Below, piece by piece: positions 6,985 through 17,400 of a stretch of DNA of 33,396 nt. Source of the DNA: an uncultured virus (IMG/VR IMGVR_UViG_3300020180_000001). Taxonomy: Duplodnaviria > Heunggongvirae > Uroviricota > Caudoviricetes. Numbering within the stretch: the stretch's first letter is position 1; each line of letters opens with the position of its first letter. A program made the position numbers and the translations under genes. Where the stretch lies: the IMG/VR virus record IMGVR_UViG_3300020180_000001. One strand, written 5' to 3'. The notes under the pieces were generated by a model. It was not told the origin of the DNA and did no database searches. It was given only the letters and a program-made list of their open reading frames with translations.

Positions 6985-9900
6985 CTAACGAGAGGTAGTA
7001 GACGATGGTATTAAACCGAAGATTAGTCCATCTTCGGATGTTTTTTTACTATCAAATAAATCTAATATAGCATTTGGATTGCCAAGTATAGGAACTGAAG
7101 ATAAAAGTGTTTTGGAACCTTTATAAGTACCCTCTGAGGTTTTCTTTAGGGAAGCAAATTCAAAGAATGCTTTTCCTATTTTGGATACTCTGTCTGCAGC
7201 GACAATAGGCTTCTCTATGGTAGATAGTACGTCTTTAGGTAACAACCCGAGTGAAGAGTCTTCTACTAACCTTCTGAATCGAAAGGCTGCGTAAGTATCA
7301 TCATCATCGTCATCAAAAGCAGCAGAGTAGATTAAAAGTAACATTGCAAACCACATTGCTGTGTTAGCAAGTTCTACAAGTCGTGATACTCTGTTTGTTT
7401 GCTCTAATGTTCTATTACCTCTTGTACCGTAATATTCTTTACCACGTAAACCAAGTAATACTTTATCTATCCCCTGAGCAGCAAGAAAGCCGGAGGTAAG
7501 TACGGACAAGCGTCCTTGCATAACCTCCTCTTCCCATTTAAATACCGGAACTCCGTCAGGTCTGTTTATGTTTTTATTTAAGACATACCTTCCTACTGTC
7601 GTGTCCTTATAAGGAGACGCGTACAAGGTTTTCATGTACGTATAAAAGAACTTCTTAAATTGAATTAAGAACTCTCCTAATACGGTAACTTCGAGAGCAG
7701 TTTTTTCTTCCTGACGATAGGAACCATGTAGTTTTTCGTAAGCACGTTTAAGATTCTTAATTTCAAAAGTATCTAATTCATTTAAGGTTTTAAATTCCCC
7801 GGGGGCAACCTCTACCTTACCACGATCTCCTCCTGTCCAGTTGCCTTCTCTGTCATATAAGTCCCAAAGTTTCTTTTTGCCATCAGCAGTATCCACTTTA
7901 ATGGAGTTCATCATTATACCTAAGTGTGTTAAAGCACCGTAAGATTCTACGTAATTATGAAACATGAAAGCAAAGGAAGATAATCCTTTTTGAGTAGTAT
8001 CATATAACAGATCCTCTTTATTGTCTCCATAACCATAATTATCAGGCATCCAGTCAAACTTTTTAGCAATATTCCATATCTTGGATTTCTCAGGAGTTCC
8101 GAGCATACTGTTCTTTAGATAGTCAGCATAGGCTGCAAAGCCAAATGTAACTGCTCCTTTAGAAACTTTAACATCTTCAGGGTCAACTCCTGCTATGGCA
8201 GCCCATACGTACTTGGTAGAGTTCATAGCATTGGTTATAGTAATAAGTCCGGCATTAAATGCTGCACCCACTACCTTAAAGCCCATTACTGAGTACGATA
8301 CTCCTGACTTCAATACTCTAAGTAGTTTATCCTGATTTATCTCAATAGGAGAATCATTACCAAAGAATTTATTTGGAGGAAGGATGATAGGAGATTTTTT
8401 AAATCTTATTTCCTTAGGCCGTTTTAATATTTGGTTATGAATAGTGTCATCGACAAACCTGGCAAGATTATCTTTATTCTTACGGCCTGCTTCATCAGTA
8501 GATAATTCATAGATATTTTTTAAGCCTTCTGCTAAAGTGTACATGTCATCCATGTACTTCTTAGTAATCATATTACCGGTAAACTTTCTAAATGCGTCGT
8601 GAACGTTGTAAGAGTGATTTGCTGATTGAACATTCTGAGATCCGTAGTGAGCGTAGTATTTAACCGGAATACCACCTTTATCTTCAGAGTAGTAATTACC
8701 TTCTATGAAGTTTGATAACGTTCTCTTAGTCCAGTTTTTAACTCGAGTTCTTATTCCGAAAAGATTAGCGGTATAAGACTCTTCTAATCTGATCTCATCG
8801 ACCTGCTTAGGAATCCGAGGTAAGAAATCAGAAGGTAATTCGGTGGGAAGCCCTGATGCCTCAGCCTTGCTTATTTGCTTTCTACCAGAGGCACTTAGAT
8901 GAGAGGGTGCTCGCATGGTCGAAGAGTATACCTCTGCCAGGGAGGCTTTAATGAAGTCTCTGTATGCTCTCTGAGCAGCACTCAAAGTCTTCATACCGGA
9001 ATTAGACAAGTAGACATCGCTATTGTTCAGATAGTCACCATCTTCCTTCTTAGTCCACATAAAGTCAAATACGTCTTTCGGAGACTTCTTAAAGTTACGA
9101 GTAATAATCGAACTGACTATTGCAGTACCGGCAGCAAAGAAAATGTTACCTGCGATTGCTGCTCCTCCTATAAGGACAGTCTTTATAATATTCCCCATAG
9201 TAACTCCCCTGCCATCATTAGCCCCTACTTCTTTTAAGACTTCAGCAAGTAACTTGGCTTCTTTCTCAGCATACTCATCGTATTCTTTTTTAGCCTCAGA
9301 CTTTGCTTCTAATAACTGCTGATGAAAAACTTGAAACTTAGAGTCACTAATATCAGACATATTTTTAATGGAGCCTAAGAATCGATCTATATCTCCGGTA
9401 TCTCCCTGTAAAGAAGTCCCTGGCATTTTAGATAGTTCTAATCTAAGTTCTGCTAATGCTGCTCTTTGTTTTTTAATTACATCAGATTCAGCATCAATAG
9501 TCTCCTTAGATTTCCCTAAGGTTAATTCATTAATCTTATTCTCTACCCATTGTAATCTTTGTGGGTAAGGTAATTTCCCTAATACCGCCTGGTATTTAAC
9601 TATCTGAGAGTTAAGACCAATGTACTCTTCTTCTGAAAAGAGATTTTTCTCGACCAACTTCTTGTAAGCAGCAGGATGCTCTTTCATATAATAGTTCTCG
9701 GCTAATTTAAGAAATGGTCCTAAATCTAAATCAAATGCTTTATGATTCGCACTCTCTGAATTATCTATCTTGATGATTTTAATTGCTCTAAACTTAGCGT
9801 TAGGTAGTTTTTCTTTAATAAGTATTGCTCTTAATGCTAATTCAAGATACGCTTTATTAAGTTTAGAGTCTGTTATATTTAAATCCTTTGAGTAAGCCAT

Positions 9901-11412
9901 CAAAGTATTTACATCTATATCAGATACTATATTACCAGTTTTATAGTCTACTAATGTTAACTCTCCGTTAGGATGGCGTATAAGCCCATCCGCAGTAGTA
10001 ACTAAGGGTAAGCCTTCGGGAGTAAGCAATAACTCGCTCGCAAGGGTAAGTTCGGGAAAGAAAGTGTCAGGAATAACATTCGGACCAGAAATTTCCTGAG
10101 GAGTAATTCCGGCTAATTTAAGAATTGACAGGTAATCATTCTTGATTATCGTTAATTGCTTTACCTCATCAATAGTCGATGCTCCTAACTGCTTAGCATA
10201 TAACAAGGCTTCCTGCAGCAAGATATTCTTACGGGCAGGATCCGTTTCTGTAAGATGCGCTAAGTAAGCATGCTGTGCTTTACCTATTATTCTATTCTCT
10301 GAACGAGATGTAGATATGTATTCAGTATACTCATCTAAGGTTAAACTTAACTTACCATTGTCAACTACTATATTAGCATCCTCTCGTAACCCTGCCTGAG
10401 CAAATTTACGCAAGGCAATTTCCCTATCAGATAATAATTGCTTTCCTTTATATCTGACAGAGAATACACCAGATTCTCTATCTCCTACAAAATAAGTCAT
10501 CCTCATACCCACCTTGTTCCCATTCTCATCTAAATAATAATTGGACTCGTCCGAAGTAGTCAGTTTGGTAGCCTGCTCCTGCAGTAGTTTTATACTATCT
10601 ACGTCTACTCGTTCTCCTGCTCTGTTTTTAAATTTGCCATCTATCCCTGTTAAAATTTGATTAACGAGTTGATTAGCAGTAGTAAGTGTATTGTCAGTAA
10701 TCTCTACCTTCCCTGCTAAGATATCAAGGATAACTTTCATCTTTGTGTAAGGAGAAAGATCCGATAAGTTTACCTTATAGTTTTTAAGAAAAAATGATTT
10801 GACAAAGTCAATAAATTTATTTAGGTAAGAAGAGGGCTTTCTACGTACTGCTGCTTCTCCTAAGAACTGAGTAAGGGCTTCCTCCGCATCCTCAATGTTA
10901 TTAGTGTTCTGAGCATAGACAGCAAGATTTGCAAATAGGTTAGGATTCTCTACTTTTAGTGCTCTGACGAATGGATGAAAGTATTCATGAAAAGGAGTAT
11001 CATTTGTGGCATGAGCAGTATTTACATAAACTCTGCGAGATCCATTTTCATTAGCGTAATAGCCTCTCCTTGCATCATTAATATCGGAGTACACTTCATA
11101 AGGTATTCCGAATCTACTTGCCAGGTCTTCTAAGACAGAACCAAATTTAGGTGTCTCTGCAGAGCGAGGAGGTACTTTATTTAAAATCGCAACTGCGATC
11201 TGGGTAGCAGGTAAATCTCCATACCTGTCTTGGTAAGCAGATAGATTTTGGCCGACTTCCATCTCTATGCTACGAAAATTGGCTAACCCCCCCTCAATGG
11301 GGGAGGAAGCCGTCAAGTTACTTTCGTTTACATAAAGATGATGTGCAGTTACTTCTCCGTATTTAGATTTGTAGTCTAAGTATTCTTTTGAATTTTTAAG
11401 CGCACAAGTCAT
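6985..11412 (-). CDS. Large putative virion cargo protein: zincin-like metallopeptidase, PD-(D/E)xK nuclease domain and transmembrane helices
   Basis: VYVN...DTPFHEYFH...EEAL (HEXXH at 10975-10989); GKAQH...E...TADGLI...VDYKTG; hydrophobic segments VLIGGAAIAGNIFFAAGTAIVSSII and AMWFAMLLLIYSAAF followed by DDDDDD. Confidence 0.8.
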   Translation of the reverse strand: MTCALKNSKEYLDYKSKYGEVTAHHLYVNESNLTASSPIEGGLANFRSIEMEVGQNLSAYQDRYGDLPATQIAVAILNKVPPRSAETPKFGSVLEDLASRFGIPYEVYSDINDARRGYYANENGSRRVYVNTAHATNDTPFHEYFHPFVRALKVENPNLFANLAVYAQNTNNIEDAEEALTQFLGEAAVRRKPSSYLNKFIDFVKSFFLKNYKVNLSDLSPYTKMKVILDILAGKVEITDNTLTTANQLVNQILTGIDGKFKNRAGERVDVDSIKLLQEQATKLTTSDESNYYLDENGNKVGMRMTYFVGDRESGVFSVRYKGKQLLSDREIALRKFAQAGLREDANIVVDNGKLSLTLDEYTEYISTSRSENRIIGKAQHAYLAHLTETDPARKNILLQEALLYAKQLGASTIDEVKQLTIIKNDYLSILKLAGITPQEISGPNVIPDTFFPELTLASELLLTPEGLPLVTTADGLIRHPNGELTLVDYKTGNIVSDIDVNTLMAYSKDLNITDSKLNKAYLELALRAILIKEKLPNAKFRAIKIIKIDNSESANHKAFDLDLGPFLKLAENYYMKEHPAAYKKLVEKNLFSEEEYIGLNSQIVKYQAVLGKLPYPQRLQWVENKINELTLGKSKETIDAESDVIKKQRAALAELRLELSKMPGTSLQGDTGDIDRFLGSIKNMSDISDSKFQVFHQQLLEAKSEAKKEYDEYAEKEAKLLAEVLKEVGANDGRGVTMGNIIKTVLIGGAAIAGNIFFAAGTAIVSSIITRNFKKSPKDVFDFMWTKKEDGDYLNNSDVYLSNSGMKTLSAAQRAYRDFIKASLAEVYSSTMRAPSHLSASGRKQISKAEASGLPTELPSDFLPRIPKQVDEIRLEESYTANLFGIRTRVKNWTKRTLSNFIEGNYYSEDKGGIPVKYYAHYGSQNVQSANHSYNVHDAFRKFTGNMITKKYMDDMYTLAEGLKNIYELSTDEAGRKNKDNLARFVDDTIHNQILKRPKEIRFKKSPIILPPNKFFGNDSPIEINQDKLLRVLKSGVSYSVMGFKVVGAAFNAGLITITNAMNSTKYVWAAIAGVDPEDVKVSKGAVTFGFAAYADYLKNSMLGTPEKSKIWNIAKKFDWMPDNYGYGDNKEDLLYDTTQKGLSSFAFMFHNYVESYGALTHLGIMMNSIKVDTADGKKKLWDLYDREGNWTGGDRGKVEVAPGEFKTLNELDTFEIKNLKRAYEKLHGSYRQEEKTALEVTVLGEFLIQFKKFFYTYMKTLYASPYKDTTVGRYVLNKNINRPDGVPVFKWEEEVMQGRLSVLTSGFLAAQGIDKVLLGLRGKEYYGTRGNRTLEQTNRVSRLVELANTAMWFAMLLLIYSAAFDDDDDDTYAAFRFRRLVEDSSLGLLPKDVLSTIEKPIVAADRVSKIGKAFFEFASLKKTSEGTYKGSKTLLSSVPILGNPNAILDLFDSKKTSEDGLIFGLIPSSTTSR

Positions 11413-14400
11413 TAGCAGGTTTGGTTATATAGGTCATCAAAATTATCGTCGGTTAATTTATTAAATATGTTAGTACCAAAGACTTTAATATAATTTTTAT
11501 CTAATATTATAGCAGTTATTTTTCCAAATACATACGCTCCTTTAGAGTTCTTACCTAATTGAAGTATGTCCCCCATAGAAAAATTACCTTTTACATAGGG
11601 GCCTTTTTTGTCGAGTTGGTAAGAAGATAATTCTCCTCTTACGTCTTTCCTGTATTTCACTACGTCTAAAGGGCTTTCAGCATCCAGAATATAATCTCTA
11701 TAACCTGTTTTGTCATAGAGTGCCTGAGCAATAATTATAGCGCTCTCAGGAGCCGTTTGGTACAACTCTGTGAATATGTCCTCGCTTACAACTATTTTCT
11801 GTAAAGCCTCTATCTGGGCAAGCGCTGAGGAGGTTGTAGTGAGATCTAATCTGATTAAGTTTTTGTGTTGAACATTGCTGGAATGTAATCCTAAAAGATT
11901 ATTCTCGCTAACGTATTCAATAAGAGAGGCTACATCAGAAGCACTTTTAATTTGTATTGGAGCACTTGCCGCAGTAGGAGTGTTAAAATTAATAACTTCC
12001 TCCTTTTCAATTGTGTAAAAGATTTTACTTTTTAGTGTTCGTACGGAACTAATCTTACTCTTGGTCATATGTAAAGGAGCACCATTCTTATTATCAAGAA
12101 GATATACTATATCATTTACATCATATACTGCTACACCCGTCTCCTGAACAAATTCTGTTTCCGAACGATTAGTGTATTTGTAATCCTGGATAACCGCTAA
12201 CTCAGGCTGCATGGCTTGAGAAGCATCGTAAATAGAAAATAAATCTTCAGATCTAAAATCATAATATTTAGATTTTTTCCCTGTCGTAAATAATCTGTAG
12301 TAGACAAAATCTGTATCACTACCAATCTTTTTGTAAGTATTTTCTCCGTAAGTTTTTATAATAGTAGGGTACGTAGAACTAACATTGGGGTACGCCAAGT
12401 CGTAGTGGAAGCCGTTTTTATTATCGGCATAAGTCTTAACCACAGTACCTTGAGAATTTAAGTAATAACTCGTTTGTTTGGGCTTGGGATAGGCTCCGTC
12501 CTTATCTTTGGAAACAAATTTAAGTTTGGCATTATTGTTTCTGATAAACTGAGGGATAAATCTATTCACTATTGATGTAGTACTCCCTAACGCATTTAAA
12601 GAGGCTAAGCGCTCGTCTAACTTCTGGGTAAGCCCTGCTATAAAAGCAGGTGGAAATACGCCTGAAATAGAAGTACGTCCGTACAGTAACCCTCTGTTAA
12701 CTACCTCGTATTTAAGAAAGCCTAAGGCAAGTTCTTTTGTTTCGGGGGAGTTATAGAGGCTTGCAAAATCTCTAATTAAAATTAGATCTATCTCTTCTTC
12801 ATTTGTTTTGTTAGCAGTCAAAGCCAGAGTCTTCGTAGAGTCACTCATCGTTCTTACTTCTAATGAATTTAAAAATACGTTAGATGGGTTTAATGCTGCT
12901 GCCTTAATTACTTTTAATACGAATTGTTGTCCAAACGCATCGCTGCCATACACTATTTCACCATTGGGTAATGTAAATGATAAGTTGGCATCTACATTTA
13001 AGTCAATAACATCAGATCCTAAATTTAAAATTAAATCTGCGGATAACATTTTAAGTACTTCCATAGATATTAAATGTGCATTTTCATTCTCATCTTTTGA
13101 GAAACTAATGGAAACTTTACGTCCTACTGCTTTAGCAAGATTTACTATTTTGGGTTTATAGATATCTATTACTTCTTCTAAAGAAGCATATACTGCTTTG
13201 GAAGTTTCCACTGCTGCTTTTATATTAGGGATTTTATCAAGTTTTACGTTAGTAAATGTTTCATCGACTAAAGACTCTTCATACTTTTCTAATGCACTTC
13301 TGAGTTTCCAGCCCTCATTTGAGATGCCTTTAAGTAAATTGATTGGTCGCGAATTTCTGAATAAAGCGTTTCCTATACTGGATAATTTCTTTATCTCCTT
13401 CAGAAGAATAATCTTATTTAACACCCGTGCCTTTTCAGACCCGTTTCTAAGAACCTGGGTAGACACAGAACCTTTGATCAGTAAAAGGCTTACTAATTTG
13501 GAAGTTATAGTCTTATCTTTAGAAGTACCTGCTTTATCCATGATCTCGCTGGTAATTGAGCCTGAGTAATCTAACTCTCCTATTACATCCAGATAGTCCC
13601 CGGTTACAAGTTGATCCAAACGGCTCATCTCCAGATCAATGTCTTCCTCTTGGAATGATAAACCTTCCAGTTCTCTGAACATTAACATTACGTCAGTAAA
13701 GGGTATTCCTATGGCAATAGCAGCAAGATACAGGCTGGCGTTTTCATTTGTTATTGCCAGGAAAGGTAACTTCTGCTCTTTCGTATTATCTATTGCAAGG
13801 TTGAGAGCAGTATCTAAAGTTTCAAACGTATTAACCTTACGATACCCTTCATAAACCGGTCCGGACTTAGTTAATTCTTCCCGGGAAAGGGTACTATATA
13901 CGTGCTTATCAATCTTCACCCTTGTATTTTCATTTAACGTAGGTAATTCTCGCTGGAGTACCTCCACATTAAAGTCAAAATCAACGAGGGCTTCCAACGA
14001 AGAAACTCCATAGAGAGCGAGTAACTGTACCGTTTCTAAAGTACCTTTATCGTAGGTTATCTTATTAAGTTTGATCTTAGTTATCGGAGTACCACTATAC
14101 ATATACCCCAGTACCTTAGTAGTTGCTGCTGTGATCTCGGTAAGTTTAATGCCGGAATAAGTATTTTGATGAATCTTAGATTGCACTAAGTAGTCAGTTA
14201 AATTTCCTTTTGGGTATAACTCTTTTTCTACTTCTGCTAAAGTCCAGTATCCTTCTTTATTCGGGTTGGATAAAGATGCCAGTGTTTCCATTATAGATAA
14301 AGGAGAAGAAACGTAATCATACCTCGCTCTAATTCTTCTACCATTCTCAGTAATTTCGCTTACTATGCCAAAACCATTCTCTTCTACCTCTTTGATAAAA

Positions 14401-17400
14401 GATGCAGAAGTTAAAAATTCCTCCTCAACACCGGCTGCTTTTAAGTACGGAATTAAGGATTTAAACTTAGATATTAAGGCATTTTTAGTATCTCCCTTTG
14501 TCTTCTTAACTCGATCTAAAGTAATCGGAGTATTTAAATCATATCTATTTTTCCGATCTAATAAGGTTTTGGAAATAGTATGTACAATAGCATTGTTAGT
14601 TGCTTCTTTAGAGTACTCTAAGAGTAGGCTAATTATTGCACTTTTCTCTCCTACCAGTAAAGCGTTCTTTCCTTTTGACTGGAAAGTAAGAACGTTAATG
14701 TCAGCCAATAATTCCTTAACCCTATTGTTGATTACTTCTGACAATGTATAGTTACCTATTGTAATAATTTTGTCATCAACTCCAAGTGAAGTCCCTTTTT
14801 TAGCGATATGCTTAATACCGTAAGGATGTAAATTAACATCTTCCTTAAGTACTGCTTTCCTAATTAGGAACAGAGTATCTACGTCGAAGTCGTTACCTGT
14901 AATATATACCATCGCTGCGGGAGCGATTATTATATTGCCTAAGGATCCTTCAGGAACTTTATAAAAACCTTTTACTATTAATGACTGTGCTGAGTGCAGA
15001 TTAGAAGTCGGGATTCTAAATCCTACAATAGAATTTTTTACACCGACTACATCTCCTTCTGAAAATAAAGACCTGTAAGATTCTGGTAACAACACTTCTG
15101 TGTATCCGTCTTTATCTTTAAATTGTAATCTGGATGTCTTAGCCGAGTAAGTACCTACTTCCGTTTGTAGTACTAATTTAGATCCTGGTATACGAAACCC
15201 TACGGTCATTGACGAAGCAAGGGAAGTCAATAAAGATACAATCTTCTGATGTACCAAAGGAGCATTCAAAGAGACTCTTTGTCCGGTAGGAGATTTGAAT
15301 CTGAGTAAACTATTTACATGGGTTGTAGAAGGAGATGATTCTGCTTTTTGTACAATCAAATTTCTGACCTTCTTTTTAGTATTTTGAGTAGGTAGATTGT
15401 CTTGCAATCCTGCTTTAATATTGTATTCTAATAATCCTGTCCGAATCTGGATAGCATTTAACTTGTGTAGTATAGTTGTCTCAGTTTCGTTTTTACCGTT
15501 CGTGTTTAACATAGCAGTTACCTGCGAAGGGTTAGATACGTCTACGTCCACCTCTTTAGCAGGGTTTAATTGAAACCTAAAAAAAGAAGGATCAATACTG
15601 ACTATGTTTTCTGGTAGTAAACCGTTACCTCCATTAATCAAATCATTGCTAACAACTGCAGGTTTGGACGTAGAACCTAACTTAAAGGCTGATGAAAAAA
15701 CAGCAAGGCCAACATTAGTTTGCTCTAAGTCAGATCTTAAATTGCTAAACAATTTAATTCTTTCTTCTCCATCTTTAAGATTTCTAAGCCCCTCTAAAAA
15801 TTCATCTGATATAACTGTGATAGAAAATTTAATAAGTTTTGGTTCACCCTTTTCGCTCTGGTAGTAAATAAGAGGTTTGAGTACTACGTCAGCACTTGCT
15901 TCCGCACCTAAAGCATTGGAAAATGCTTCATACATAGCAGGAGTAGCCAATCCCTGAGCATCTGATTCTTCAAACTCATCTTGGAAAGATGCCGGTCTGT
16001 AATCCTTTAAGTAGTCAGGTAAGGTACCTACCACATCTTCTATTACAAGAACTTGTGAATGAAGAGGATTATCTCTTGACAGTCCAAACTGACTATCAGC
16101 TAAAGCAATATCCCCGGAACCGGTAGCAGATTGTATTCTCTTTGTCTCATCCTCCTTATTTTTAAAGAAGACTTCATCCCCGTAAATTAACTGGGAAAGA
16201 GAATATTGATTTACAATATGATTCTCATAAAAATGGTAATACAGTTTCCTTACTACTGCTTTCAAACCCTTCTCCTGGATGTCTTTCGCGTCGCGTAGTT
16301 CAAATTCGGAGTCCGTATTATTAGGATCCTTACGTCTTCTGAGTTCTTTTAACTTAGCAGTAAATTTAGAATCAGAAAGATAGTCTTTCTCAACTATTTC
16401 AAAGAGTTTAACGGCTGTATCAATTGTGGTGGCATCGTATTTAATCCCCATACGTTCCGCTTCTTCAAAGGCTGCTAAAGACATAGCCTCAATATGCGCA
16501 TATACTTTGTCTACAACATCTTTGACATGAAGACCCGAAACGTCACCACTTAAACCAGGAAAAGTAAACTTGTTTCTATTCTTAGCATAGTTCTTATTTA
16601 ATGGGTACTCTGTAGCCGGAGGTCTGTCCATCTGTGCTTTTATTATAGTTGTAATCTCTTCTCTGAGATCATAAGAAACAGCGACTTCTAAACCCGATAT
16701 AGTAGTACGACTGGAAGGGATAGGCAAGAACTGATAGTAAGATTTTTTACCGGAACTTTTTAATCGACTTAAAAATCCGTATTTAAAAGTACGTTCAAAG
16801 TAATGCCTTGGCTTTTCAGCAGTAAGTCCGACTGCATAAGACACAGTACCTGCACTTTTAATACCGTCATGCTGAATGTGACTAAATATGGGTTGCCAAA
16901 GAAACTTATTAGTCTCCAGTAGTTTACTCGTGGTAGTAAATCCCTTTTTCTTAGGAGTAAGATGGGGAAAGAATCCTTCTTTATTTAGTAAGTACGTTAT
17001 CAGAGAAGTTTGATAAGAAGAGTCTTTATAGAGATATGCTTTCCTGCCATCGGCTCTGATGAAGTTATTAACTTCTACTGCGGAAGAGGAAGAAGCCATA
17101 AGATCCACTATTAAGGATATTGTAGAACCTTCATCATTAATACTATTAAACAGAGTCTCGTAATTAGCGTTCTCGTTATAAGAGATTTGAATGTTTTGAA
17201 GACGTGGCATCAGAAAGGATAACTGCCGGAACAAGTTATCCACAGCAGAAGGACCTAAATCTGATATAAAAGAAGCAGGCAATTTAATATTCGTCAAAGC
17301 CAACTTTATTATAGCCGCCTTAACAGATCTGTTTGGAGTAGCATCTTTTTCACCGGCAGTGAATGACACCCTGTTATTAGCGGTAAATATAGGTACCTTA

